DNA of 64,000 nucleotides from Camelus dromedarius (Eukaryota). Each line of letters begins with the position of its first letter. Positions within the stretch are counted from its first letter, which is position 1. A program made the position numbers and the translations under genes. Positions 25,610-37,899 of the stretch are shown piece after piece. The notes under the pieces were generated by a model. That model was not told the DNA's origin. It worked only from the letters and a program-made list of their open reading frames with translations, and did not search any database. Where the stretch lies: positions 30,072,001 to 30,136,000 of the forward strand of contig NC_087437.1 of NCBI RefSeq assembly GCF_036321535.1, in the 5' to 3' direction.

Positions 25610-26730
25610 GTGTTGTGTTTTCCAGATTGTGTTCCACTAGGATTTCATGAAATGTTATCACACACACACACACTTTGGAAAAAGCTGGTGAAACAGATTT
25701 CTTTGCTGCAGGAATTCTCTAATCCTTTATAAAATCATGTGCATTGTGAATCTGCAAGAAGAGGGTCTGATATTAAATGCTGGGGAGGGTATGGAGAAAA
25801 AGGAACCCTCCTACATTGTTGGTGGGAGTGTAAGTTGGTGCAGCCACTATGGAAAACAGTATGGAGATTCCTTAAAAAACTAGAAATAGAGTTGCCATAT
25901 GATTCAGCAATCTATTCACAGAAAACTAACTTGAAAAGATACATGCACCCCCAACGTTCATAGCAGCACTACTTACAACAGCCAAGACATGGAAGCAACC
26001 TAAATGACCATTGACAGATGAATGGATAAAAATGTGGTATATTTATACAATGGAATATTATTCGGCCATAAAAATGAAATAATGCCATTTGCAGCATAAT
26101 GGATGAATCTAGATTTACTAAGTGAAGTAAATCAAAAAGAGAAAGACAAATGTATTACTTATATGTGGAATCTAAAATATGATATAAATGAACATATTTC
26201 AAAACAGAAACAGACTCACAAACATAGAAAACAAACTTGTGGCTACCAGGGGGAGAAAGAGGGTGTGGGAGGGATAAATTAAAAGTTTAGGATTAGCATA
26301 TACTAACTATTATATATAAAATAAACAACAAGGTCCTACTGTATAGCTCACGGAACTATATTTAATATCTTATAATAAACCATAATGGAAAAGGATGCAG
26401 AAAAGACTATACATATGTATAACTGATCACTCTGCTATACACCATAAACTAACACAACATTGTAAATCAACTATACGTCAATTAAAAAAAGAAAAAAACC
26501 CCAATGCTAGTGACATCAGAAACACATGCATACAATTTCCCATTACTTTAGATTATGAATCTATATTTGTCTTTTGAAATAGAAAAGAAAGTAAAAATTG
26601 AAACTTACACCAAAAAAAAGGATATGGTATGCAGGACTTCTGAAGATCATCTGATCATGGAATCTTTTTGACATGAGCTGTCATTTACCTTGCACCAGTA
26701 TTTTGTGGGATACTAGTTGAACAATGCTGT
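25610..26730. mobile_element. hAT-Charlie MITE (MER102/MER117-like), split by an L1
   Basis: Left arm 'tttccagattgtgttcc...gtgcattgtgaatctgcaagaagagg'; right arm 'gatatggtatgcagg...tgatcatggaatcttttt...aacaatgctg'. Confidence 0.5.
25773..26498 (+). mobile_element. 5'-truncated L1 (ORF2 C-terminus and 3'UTR)
   Basis: ORF 25739-25963 carries L1 ORF2 C-terminal '[35 protein letters not shown]'; 3'UTR and A-tail follow. Confidence 0.9.
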
Positions 26731-26794
26731 ACTAGTATATAAACACATATTATTTTATAGAATCATAATTCTATTCTATATGATTACTATAGAG

Positions 26795-27035
26795 GATAGC
26801 TTCAGAGTCAGACACCCCTGGGTAGTATTCTGGCTCTATTGTTCAATTAATATATGATCTTGGGCAGGTTGCTTAATCTTCTGCAAGTCAGTTGCTTCAT
26901 GTGTAAAATGGACACAATAATTCTGGTAGTCCCTATATTACAGGGTTGTTGTTAGGATTAAATAAGATAGTCTAAGTAAAGGGCTTAGCCTGGCACCTGG
27001 CACATTGCAACCGCTAGTAGATAACTGTTGTTTAT
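26795..27035 (+). mobile_element. MIR SINE
   Basis: 'gatcttgggcaggttgcttaatc...tgtaaaatgg...cagggttgttgttaggattaaat...cctggcacattg'. Confidence 0.75.
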
Positions 27036-29109
27036 TAAAAGACTATGCTTATGACAACTTGCATCTACTGTTGACTTTAATCACCATTAATGCTTGTTAT
27101 CCCTTTATTTTCTTGCCTTGTTCTGTGACTTTCTGTGCCTAGAAAAAACATCCTGGTTTATTAGGTACCCATAAAAATCACTGTGGCAAAATGAGTTTTA
27201 ATGTTAAGTAGGATAACATTTTATCCTATAATTTCAAAATATTATGTTTCAGTAAATTTTAGAAATTCTTCTCATACAATTGTGGTGCATAGTAGCTGAA
27301 CTTATTATTGCAGTCTTCTGAGTTCCATGAGACAAAGAAGGAATTTTTCATCTCATGAAAAGATGACAAGAATATTTCTTAAATATGTTCTCTGAAATTT
27401 ATCATTGTAAAATGACAGAGAACTGAATACTTCCAGAAGAGGTAAAAAAATTTTCATATTATGTATACTTAATGTTGAAAGAATGCTAGGTAACAAAAGG
27501 ATTCTTGGAAAACTGCAGTCTTCCCTGTGGTACAGTACTCTAGGAATTGAAGAAAAACTTCCCTTTGTACAAATCTTCATACTAATATTAATAATTGAGT
27601 ATAATTGTTTGTATTTATATTTTAAAGCTCTTTTAATGATGTCATTTGATAATCAAGTATATCCTTGCCCTAGTAACCCTAGATTTGGAAATTGTACATA
27701 GATTTATTCTGTAAATCTGTGCACATGAGGAATGTGTAAACTCAAAATGTAGCAGAAATCTGTGAAGGCTACATCTTTACATGTCTATTATTGTTAAAAT
27801 TAGAAGGAAATGCAAATCAAGACTTAGCAGAAGAGATCACTATCACTCAAACCTAGATGGCCCAAACTAAACCTCTTAAATGAAAAAAGGAGCAATTAAA
27901 ATCTATGGCAAAAAATTACAGGTGAATTATACTTTATCATTTACAAACAGCTGAAACCTAAATACAATTTTTTTTTTGTCCTCTATGTGACATTTCATTG
28001 GTGTTTCTCAGCTTGAAAATATTCATTTTCTTTGGAATCACAATAGCACAAACTGGGTCAGGAAGGAATGCCTGCCAATGCCCATCTACTAATCTTGCCT
28101 TTGGCAGGCTTTTAGACCTCTTGGAAACCTAGTTACTCATCTGCAAAATAGGTCAAGTAATAGCAACTGTATATTTCCCACTGTATCTATTGTGAGGATA
28201 CAAAAGAAATCCATGTATATCAAACAGAAGTGAAAACTGTAGATCACAATATAAATGTTAAAGGTTATTGTGGATCATAAACCATATACATTGTTCTTGG
28301 CCCCCGGATCTTTGCAAGGCTGGCTTCTTCTCATCATTTAGTTTTGAACTTAAATGTCACCTCCTCAGAGAAGGCTTTCGTAAGCAATTAATCTCAAGCA
28401 GAAATCCACAGACTCTATCAGTCACTCCTTGTCCTGCTATCTTCTCCAAACCACTCATAACTATCTGAAATTAGCCTGTTTATTGTTTAGGTGTTTTCTG
28501 CATCCCTCTCCAGTAATGTGAGCTCCACATGGCAGGGACTGTTGTCTGCTGCACTCACTGCAGACCTGCAGACCACCCCCCACCCGAAGTGCCTGCCATG
28601 GTGTACAATGAAGAAATGACTTCTCTATAATCACTTCTGGCTCCAGGCACATCTGTTCTAATGGATTCAGCTCTTAGACCTGTGTCAAGCTGAGTATTGT
28701 CAAGTAACTATAACTTTTCATGTACTTAGTAACAAGAGGTTTCAGAAGCAATTCATGTATCCTCTCAACTCTATGACAAATTCTATCCTGAAGAGAATTG
28801 CTTTCTTTGTGGAGTCATCTTCACCCCCAGATAAAGTCACTTTCCTCAAAGTGCTGCACAGAATTTGTCTATCTCCGGAGAACCAGAGGGGTTTATTTTT
28901 TGACTCTCTCTGTTAAAGTGGTTGGGATCTTTTAGACTGCTCTCTTGGTATTCCCCTCTCCGAGGCCAGTTTGGAATTACGATCGCAAAGCAGCATTATC
29001 AAATGGCACAACTGTACTTCACATGTTGGTTATAAGGCAATTTATTCCTATCAAGTAAAGAATCCCAAAGTTCCTGTGATTGGAGAAATAAATTATCCAT
29101 GCCTTACAA

Positions 29110-29600
29110 AACTTATGAATAAACTCTCAAGTCTTCACAATCACTTGTAAAGTCCTAAAACCATCCAGCCTCTGGCTAGTTTCTCTGGCTTTATGCCTAG
29201 CGCTCTTCCCATCACTCCTTCAGCTCCAGCCACTCCAGGTCTCCTTGCCGCTATTATACTTCTCTAAGATCTCCCTTCCCCCAGGGATCCACAAGGCTTG
29301 CTTCCGAACAGCCTTCAGGTGCTTGCTCAAATGGCATTAGAGATGCCTTCCGGTCTACCCTATTTAAAATGACAAAGCCCTCTCTACTCCACGGCTTTCC
29401 TTGCCTCTTTTTTTATTTTTCTCATAGCACTTATCACCATCTGACACAAGCCTACTTTATTTAACTGTTTATTGTCTCTTTCCTCTCGCCTTAATCTAAG
29501 TTCTATGAAGGCAGGGACTTTTGCATGTTCATTGCTATGTACTGTGTGGCACATGGTAAGCAGTTAATAAATATGTATTGAATTAATGAACGAATGAAAG
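29110..29600 (+). mobile_element. L2a LINE 3' end
   Basis: 'cagctccagccac...atagcacttatcaccatctgaca...ctatgaaggcagggact...tggcacatggtaagcagttaataaatatgtattgaattaatgaa'. Confidence 0.8.
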
Positions 29601-29831
29601 AAGAAATTAATATGCAAAAGTAGCATAATTTGAATAATTAAAGTTCAAACAATTCATTAAAATTTATGATATACAGTTCTCCTGCACTTGAAGCTGTGTT
29701 AATCAGATTGCTGCAAGGAGCAGAAACTGCAGGGTTACTCCAGGATGAGGGCTTTTATTTTAAAGGATTCAGGGGAAGTAAGGAATTGAAATGTCATTCT
29801 GACCACCATTCAGGGCGCAGTCACTGACCAA

Positions 29832-30020
29832 GTTCCGTGGTTCTTGAACTTTCTGGAGCATCAGAGTCATCTGGGATGCTTATTAAAAACACAGTTTGCT
29901 GGGCTTCACCCCATTTTGGATCTAGTAAGTCTGTGTGGGGCCTGAGAATTTGCACTTCTAACCAGTTCCCAAATGAGTCTGATGCTACCAGACCAGTCAG
30001 CATTTTCAGCACCCTAACCT
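29832..30020. mobile_element. MER5A hAT-Charlie MITE
   Basis: 'gtggttcttgaacttt...gcatcagagtcatctggg...gggcctgagaatttgcacttctaaccagttccca'. Confidence 0.8.
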
Positions 30021-30854
30021 AGTGGTTTAAAAGTCAGTGCTGACCTCAGGGTGATCCAGGGCTAGTGACTTGGTCCCTTCAATTTTGCTTCCATATTCCT
30101 GTTGGCTCTTATTCTGATATCAGTTCTCATTTTTATCTCAAGTCCCTTTGCCAAGCACTCAAAGAATCTAGTGCTTCATGACTTCTGTTTTTTGTTTTTT
30201 CTCTCTGTGACCCTCTGCATTTGTACCTGCCAACCATGTCTGTGTCTCCCACTTAAAGTCCTGGGGGAATTAATGGTTTGATTGAGTACTCCAGTCACTT
30301 TTCAGTAGAGGGTGGCTCTATAGGGCACAGCTCTTGTAATGGACACCTCACACACCACTTTGGTCATGCAAAGATTCTGGTCTAGCAAGGTCACATGGAT
30401 AAAGCATAATCACCCATGTATGAGGCATTTTGTCTATTTTTATTCAGAAGGGGTCTGTGAGAATTCATGAGCTTGAAGATTTTCATAAAAGGGCTCTGGA
30501 CACAACAGATAACTTGCATTGAGGCTCTGCTTCAAGGTGATTAAGAATATTTTGAAATACTGTCAGAGAAATTACCTGTATTTTACTGCCAAATCAGCCA
30601 TAAATTAACTTAGTAATACTGGCCAGTTTTGTGTTTTTCCCTGGGCCTCATTTCCCTCAGTGATAAAGTAAGGGAATTTGACAAGATGAGCAGCAAGTTC
30701 CTTTCCGTATGCAGTGAATCTAATTCATTATTGTACATACACAGGTGTATGACTAGGTCATCCTCAATCTCCTGGTTGTTATGATCCAAACTATCATGGT
30801 TGAATATTATAGTCTGTTTTCTTGTTTTTCTTAAAAGAATGAATACAAGACAAA

Positions 30855-31095
30855 CCTGCCTGCATTTGAGTCCTGGTTCTGACACTTACTAGCTTTCTGC
30901 CATGGGCAAATTACTTTGTCTGAGCCCCAATTTCCTCATCCATGAAATTGGGATCATAATAATTTCCTTATAGTTTTGTTGAATTAAATGAGTTATTACC
31001 TGTAAAATTATTTATGGTAATTGGGGATGAAATGGTTTAATATATGTTAAGGTATTTAGATAGGTATCTGGCACATAGAAGAGACTGTATGAGTA
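30855..31095 (+). mobile_element. MIR SINE
   Basis: 'cacttactagctttctgccatgggcaaattactttgtctgagccccaatttcctcatc...ctggcacatag'. Confidence 0.75.
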
Positions 31096-31317
31096 TTCTT
31101 AAAATTATTTTTATATGTTTTCATTTGTGCATGTTTTGTCTGCTTTAATCCATGTGACTATACTGTGCATGGGATTTTTAGTTAGTTAGAATTGTGGTTA
31201 GAATATGAAGTTGTTAGAAATGCCTATCATAAAATGCTATAATTATGGGTAAACTTGGAAGTGTTTTAGAAATATTACATTCTTTTAAAATCTATTTCTG
31301 GAAGAAAAGAGGCATGT

Positions 31318-31555
31318 GACATTCTGTAAAAGACAAAACTCTAAGAACATACAATATATAAATCTTTGCCAAAGGCCAGAGGGGAGGGGACGGGACTGAC
31401 TACAAATAGGCACAAGGGAACTTTTGGGGGTGACACTAATATTCTCTATCTCAATTGTGGTAGTGGTTACATGACTGAATGTGTGTCGAAACTCAAATAC
31501 AGAAGGAGTTGATTTTATCGTATCTATGTTGCAGCTAAATAAACCTGACTTTATT
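31318..31555 (+). mobile_element. Old L1M 3'UTR end
   Basis: 'gcacaagggaacttttgggggtgacactaatattctctatctcaattgtggtagtggttacatg...aataaacctgact'. Confidence 0.7.
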
Positions 31556-31899
31556 TTAAGAAATTCTTAGCCTAATCTTTTGATCTGGGAGATCCTGTAG
31601 AACATACAGTTGTGTTCTACTCTTGCAAACTGATTTCCTAAACTTGCATTCATTTTTATTTCAAGTACCTGAAATACAACATAAAATGTCAGTAGAAACA
31701 CTGCCACAGCTGCTACCATCTTTGTGGCACCTGCTTCCTCGTGTTAGGTTAGTCAGCCTGTACCATTTTCTCATTAAATGGCTCCAAACTACTTCTCACA
31801 TCTTTGCCTTAAACACCATTGGCACTCCACTTCCATATCCTCCTCCTCATTTCTCCTGGGTGCCTTAGGCTTTCCAGCAAATTGGAGCAAAGATGCCTA

Positions 31900-33250
31900 T
31901 TTGATATTTGTTGATGTTATGTTGAATAATACTATTTTATAAAGGTCATTTTCCAAATTGTTGCTGCTGGTATTCTGAAAAAATGGCTTTTCAAAATATA
32001 CTCATTAATGAAGCTAAATTTATTTAATATCTTATAGATTATTTTCATTTAAAAAAATCACATTAAATAAGCTCCTAGTTTGCTGAGTATTTTTAATTAT
32101 TATAAGTGGATATCAAATTTTATCACACCTTTTTTCCTGTATCTTCTGAGATCCCATGCTTTTTCTTCTTCTTTTTGTTAATTTGGTGAATTATGCTAAT
32201 TGATTTTAAAGTGTTAAAACAACCTTGTTTTCCTGGAATAAATCATATTGATCACTATATTTTATTCATTTTTCATTTGTTGAATATGATTTGCTAACGA
32301 ACAACTTGCTTAGGATTTTTCTGCTCATGTTTATGGGTGGGATTGCACTTAATTTTCCTTCCCAGCAGTTTCCTTATCAGGTTTTGATATTAAGATTATG
32401 ATAGCTTCACAAAACAAACTGAGCAATGTTCAGTCTTCCCCTACTTTCTGAGGGATTTTGTAAAACTGGGGACAGCTCTTTTTAGAATGCTTGGAAAATT
32501 TCACCAGGGAAGCCATCTTGCCCTAGAATTTTCTTTCAGAAAAAGTTGTAGTTATGGATCTATTTTTTTTTAAATAAAGGACTATTTGTATTTTTATTTC
32601 TTCTTTGTTCATATTATTAAGTGTTCTTTATTAGAATTTTATCCACATTACTTCAATTTTCAATATTTTATCAACATACTGTTGCTTATAACATGCTCGT
32701 ACATATTTTCAGTATCTATAGAATCTGTAGTGATATTCCTTGGGTTATATGTGTTGCCTCTTGTATTTCTTGGTCATTCTTCCAAGAATTTTACAAAGAT
32801 TCTTTTCAAAGAATCAATCTGTGACTTTGTTGATGCCCACTAATGTATATTAATTTATTTCATTAATTTCTGTTCTTATCTTTTTTTAAAATTTTCTTTG
32901 GGTTTCTTTTTCTTTTTCTTACTTCTTAAGATGGATACTTAACTCATTAATGTTCAACACTTCTTTTCAAATTTATGCATTTAATTTTAAAGGCTATAAT
33001 TCCTTTAACACTTCTTTAACTGTACCATAAAAATGTTGATATTTAATCCTTTGTGATAATTTTATTATAATTCAGATAAAAATACTTTTCTAATTTTTAA
33101 TTTGTTATTTGACATATTGGGTACTTTATATTTCTTAATTTCCAAATAACAAGAAAATATGTTTTTATTATTGATTTCTAGTTTAACTTCACTGATGTCT
33201 GGTTTTAATCCCTTGAAATTTGCTTTTGGTTCAGCATATGGTCAATTTTT
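31900..33250 (-). mobile_element. Old L1M ORF2 fragment
   Basis: T-rich reverse L1 text, e.g. 'aaccttgttttcctggaataaatc', 'aggttttgatattaagattatgatagcttcacaaaa'. Confidence 0.75.
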
Positions 33251-33277
33251 ATAAAAGTGGATGAACTGACTTTATCT

Positions 33278-33748
33278 AGGATTTTAAATCTGGTATCCAT
33301 CGACTTCCAAGAAGCCCATAGATAGAATTCAGAAGGTTTGTGAGCTTGAATGGGCAAAAAACTACATTCTTATTTTTACTAATCTCGATTGAAATTTAAT
33401 ATTTCTTTCAATAATGTATGTAATCAATAAATCAGAATTGGCTACTAATACAGATATTTTCAAGTCACATCATAACTGTTGGAAATATCTTGAAATATAA
33501 TTTTCTCTCCTTGAATATACAGTTATTAGACCACCTGCTAGATCATCTTATACAGTGCATTAACAAAAAAGTACATATATTACTATACCATAAGTTTTTA
33601 AACATTTTTATAGTTGAATTTTAATTTTTTTTATATTTCTAGACATTTTATTTTATGTGTTTAATAATACTATTCTGAAAAAGGGCTCTGGGCTTCACCA
33701 GATGGCTAAAAGTTCTCACAACACACAGAAGAAGGTTAAGAATACATA
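33278..33748. mobile_element. hAT-Charlie element (Charlie4a-like)
   Basis: 'atagatagaattcag...cagttattagaccacctgctagatc...attctgaaaaaggg...ggcttcaccaga...aaggttaagaa'. Confidence 0.65.
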
Positions 33749-35240
33749 TTGTAACCAGAGGGAAAGCAGAGTATATGGGTAAAGAAGCAGGAGTTTAGCA
33801 GATGTGGTATTGGAAATTGGAGATTTTTTGTTAGAAGACTTTTGCTCCTAATTTTCTGAGTAATACAGGGGTCAAGGTCATCAGGAGAGAGTGAGAAAGG
33901 AGGGAGGAGATAATGGGAATTTGAGTATAGGAAAGAAGGTGTGAATTAGTTTCCTAAGAGAAGAAGAAAGTTAATCTACCCGGAGAATGCAGCCAGATTG
34001 CAGAGCAGTGCCAAGTGCCCACTTGTATTTTTAAATATAAAGAGAGACCACAATTATATGTCTTTCTCCTGCTTTGTATTCAGCTGCAGAATTAGTAAAG
34101 AGCTGAGTTAACCAGAGTTAGAATTTTCCAGAAGAGTAAGGTGAAGGGAGAGAGAAGCAAGGGAATGAATGATCTATACAGGAGAGTAATACTAGAGATG
34201 AATTCCCAGGACCCAGCTGGACAAAGCGGGAAGTGAGAACATGAAGGGCTTTATGGTCAGTGGTAAGGTCAATGGAGAGAAGGCTTCCAGGTGGTAGATG
34301 AATTTGTAGAGTTAGGACCCCATAGTAAATAAACTGAAGAGGGAGTAGATGGACTAGAAAGAGAGAATGAAAAAAACGTTCTGAAACATACTAACAAATT
34401 ATCATTTAAGGGAGTGAGAAGCAAGTGAATATTTTAGGGAGGTTTATAAGCTTACAACCCTAAATTTTTGACGTTGAAATCAGCTTCTTTTTGCTTAGTT
34501 TCCTTGGTTTCTCCTCCCTAGGTTCCACGCCTAACACACCATACATACTCTCATCATCTCCTCTGCTTCTGATTCCCCTTGAAGAGACAAAGCTGGCTTT
34601 CCCCTCAGTATTCAACAGACTCATGCTGTCACGGAGTAGCAGTTGTGCCAATGAGTAAGACAACGGCTGAGAACTGACATACACTTTGTGTTGGCTATGT
34701 GCTCTGCTCCATTAGGCACCTTTTGTGTGTCTTTCACATATAATCCTATGAAATATACTGAAGCTTGATAAATAAACTAAAGCTTGAGAAGGTAAATTAG
34801 CAAGATGAATGTAATATAGGTAGCACCTGATAGAGCTGGCATTTAAAAAAGTTCTGACTGTAAACCCTGGATTTTCTCATGCTGTTACCTTGGCCAAGAG
34901 TATTGTTTTACCGCCATTTGTAGGATATGTTTGAATACAAGCCTAACTATGGTCATTGTTTATGACTCCCTGGAGAAATCCATTCATGCTGTCAAATAAC
35001 ATGAACACATAAATCTCATTTAATTTTGCCATAGCTAATTAAATCAGCCCACACTTAATTTTTCTTTTCTTTTTTTCCTTCAGTGTCTATCTTCCCTGAA
35101 CCAGTGATCTCAGTTTCAAGCAAATTTGAGACTATTTAAATAAAATATTCCCCAAATTCTCCTGAATTTGGAAGTTATTTGTGTCTTCCTTTTTCTCTCT
35201 GCCATTATATTATTCTCAGTGTTATAATTTCTGTAAGTTG

Positions 35241-35622
35241 TGTTGACCTAAAATAAATAAGACTGCCAGTTACTTCTCCAGAAAAAAAAAAAGTTTATTC
35301 AGGATCAACAAAGAATTGCAGTTCAGGGTCTGCAACAATGATGAGCCACTTGCAAGTCCCCACACAACAAGAAGAGGAAAACTCTTTTAAAAAGGGGAAA
35401 GGGAGGTTGAGAGGGCTGTAGTAAACAAACAGTCCACTGGAGGAAATGAGAGTTTGAAGTATTGTGGGTTTCTATTGGCTGAGTTGTGACTACCTCATTG
35501 GCTGAGCTCTTGCCCAGCAAGAACAAGGAAATGGGCTTTGCTATTGTCATAGAGTGTGAGAGCTCCCCCTCCTGGCTTCCTAATTCTATTTTAATTTAGG
35601 TTTCTGTTTATTAATTTTTACA
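35241..35622 (-). mobile_element. Solo ERV LTR (probably ERV1 class)
   Basis: TG...CA termini; minus strand has two CCAAT boxes, a TATA-like element and AATAAA in LTR order; flanks gttg/gttt. Confidence 0.7.
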
Positions 35623-37899
35623 GTTTTGTCTATTCAATGCCAAAATGACCAACTATGAACTCCTTGGAGAGAAAATCAAGTTATTTGTTTAATATTAATG
35701 TATCTAGTATGTTGATAGAGTCACTAGGTTTTTAAAGCATCCTTGGGCTGATTTTGTGCTGCCTAAATTTAACCCATCTATTATGAGAATAAAGCAGCTT
35801 AGTACAAACCCTCTGAGTCAGATGAACATATTCATTCATTCATTTGTGCATCTACCCACCCATATATCCATTCATATATACATTCACTCAGAAATGTTTA
35901 CTGAATCCATGCCAGGAACCGTGCTAGACAGTGTGGACACAATGCAGGACAGACCTAATTTTGTCCTTCTGGTGTATACTATACTCTTCATGACAGAAAA
36001 AGGCAACAGAGACAACCAAAATGGAAGGGGCTTCAGGCAACACTGAACTTGGAAGACATCTCTCACAACCAACACTAATTCCTATTGAAAGGATGTTGTA
36101 CAAGAAATAGAGCTATTTCTAAAACTGCCATCAGCCATGCAGAGTCCATAGGAATCACTATGGGATTAAAAAAATAAAAAGCAATGGGAGCTCACTCCTA
36201 TACATTTTCATTTAGTAGTTCTAGGTTATAGGTGCATTCCCTTTGTGGCCATAGGAAAAGACACTCCTCTGAGGGTGCTGCCAGTTGGAGGCATGGCTTG
36301 TCTATCAGAAGACATACTGAGGTAGGCAGTCCTATGCCAAGGTGTGGGGCTCTGTGAGTAGAGTACAGGATGGATTTTTAGCTTTCTTTATCTCGTTGGT
36401 CATTCAATTGTGCAGGGCTCGAAATAGCAGCACTGGGGCGGAGGGGTTAGCATCTGAAAATGCTCTCCTTCTGCCACTGTTATGGGTGCCATTGTACTAA
36501 ATGCTCTCTTTAAGTGAACTGAATGTTGTCTGTTGGCCTCTGTCTCTCTGATCATTGTGCACATTTGCACTGGGTAACTAGAACTTCTGAGTTACTTTTT
36601 CCATTGGATATGTTCTAATGTATACAGAATTGACTCCTCTCCATCATCTGTGTCTATAGGATTCCCTATATTAAAACAAAGTGAAATATATTATCTACTT
36701 ATAAACTATTTGCATGTTTCTAAATTCCAGATTTATCTAAAGTTTTCATGGTTGAATAAAATTATTAGCTTTAATTTTAATGCTAATAATTATGAAGTTG
36801 GTAAATGTGTTGCCTATTCTGAATTGACCACTATTTACTGAGTTCTGCATGGGATGATATTCTATTATCACAAACCCAAAGATGTGACAAAAATGATCAT
36901 GCTGGCAAAATTAGCACCCAGGACTAGAAAAGTTTATAATTAAAAACTTAAACTTTAACGCACCTTTGTATTTTTGGAATTTGCCAAGCTATTTCTAGGA
37001 GGGATGGTATAAATTTGCCAACTCTTAGAAGCAAATAATGCCAGAAACAGCAAAATTGAATTGATCACATTATCTAGGGCATAGGATAAAAATGGCTTTG
37101 AATTCTCAAGGAAAAAATCGAGGATAATTACTTTTTAGATACGCTGGCTAGTTTGAAGTTTCTCTGTCCAAGACAAAGGTAATGATTTTCAAAGGTAAAC
37201 GCAACAGCTCAAAATAGCTCTCCTTTAAAAAAGATCTAAGTGTAATTGTCATATTTAGGAAATAGAGATTGATTTTGCACTTTAAAAAAATGAAATCAGA
37301 GTTCTAAAGAGAAGGAATAAAGGAAAAAATTAGTGTAGAAAGTAGTTAAAATAACCATTATGAAAGTTAGTAAGAGACTCACTGGTCATAATTAAAAATG
37401 AATCTATACCTGAAATTGATCCTAAGGTTTGAACACCAAAGTAAATAACCATAAGTACACATTATTTTTCCTGAAAGCTTCAGACTGGTTATCATTTATC
37501 TACTTTATAAAATCTTGATGTGCATTTTCTGTTGATAAGTGGAAGGTTACTCCTACTGTCCCTATTCTCCAACTAAAATTTAATTTTTTTTAATGTCAAG
37601 TGTCATGGGCATTATATTTATATAATGCTACCCATCATTCCTTTACTTTCCCATTTATATTTTTAAAGGGATTACAAAATAAAGTAAGTTAATGTTGTTT
37701 CTCTAGGAAAATTTTCACATAAGAAAACAAGATTCATACTTCTTATTCAAATGATTAGGATTTCCTGTTAAAAAATACAACCGTCCTCAGATTAATGGTG
37801 AGACTACAAAGAATGAGCTGGCTTTATGATACTGTAGGGGTGTTCTCTGATGATGTTAAAAGATATTAATGCCCAGTGATCTTCAAGTTGCTTCTTTTG

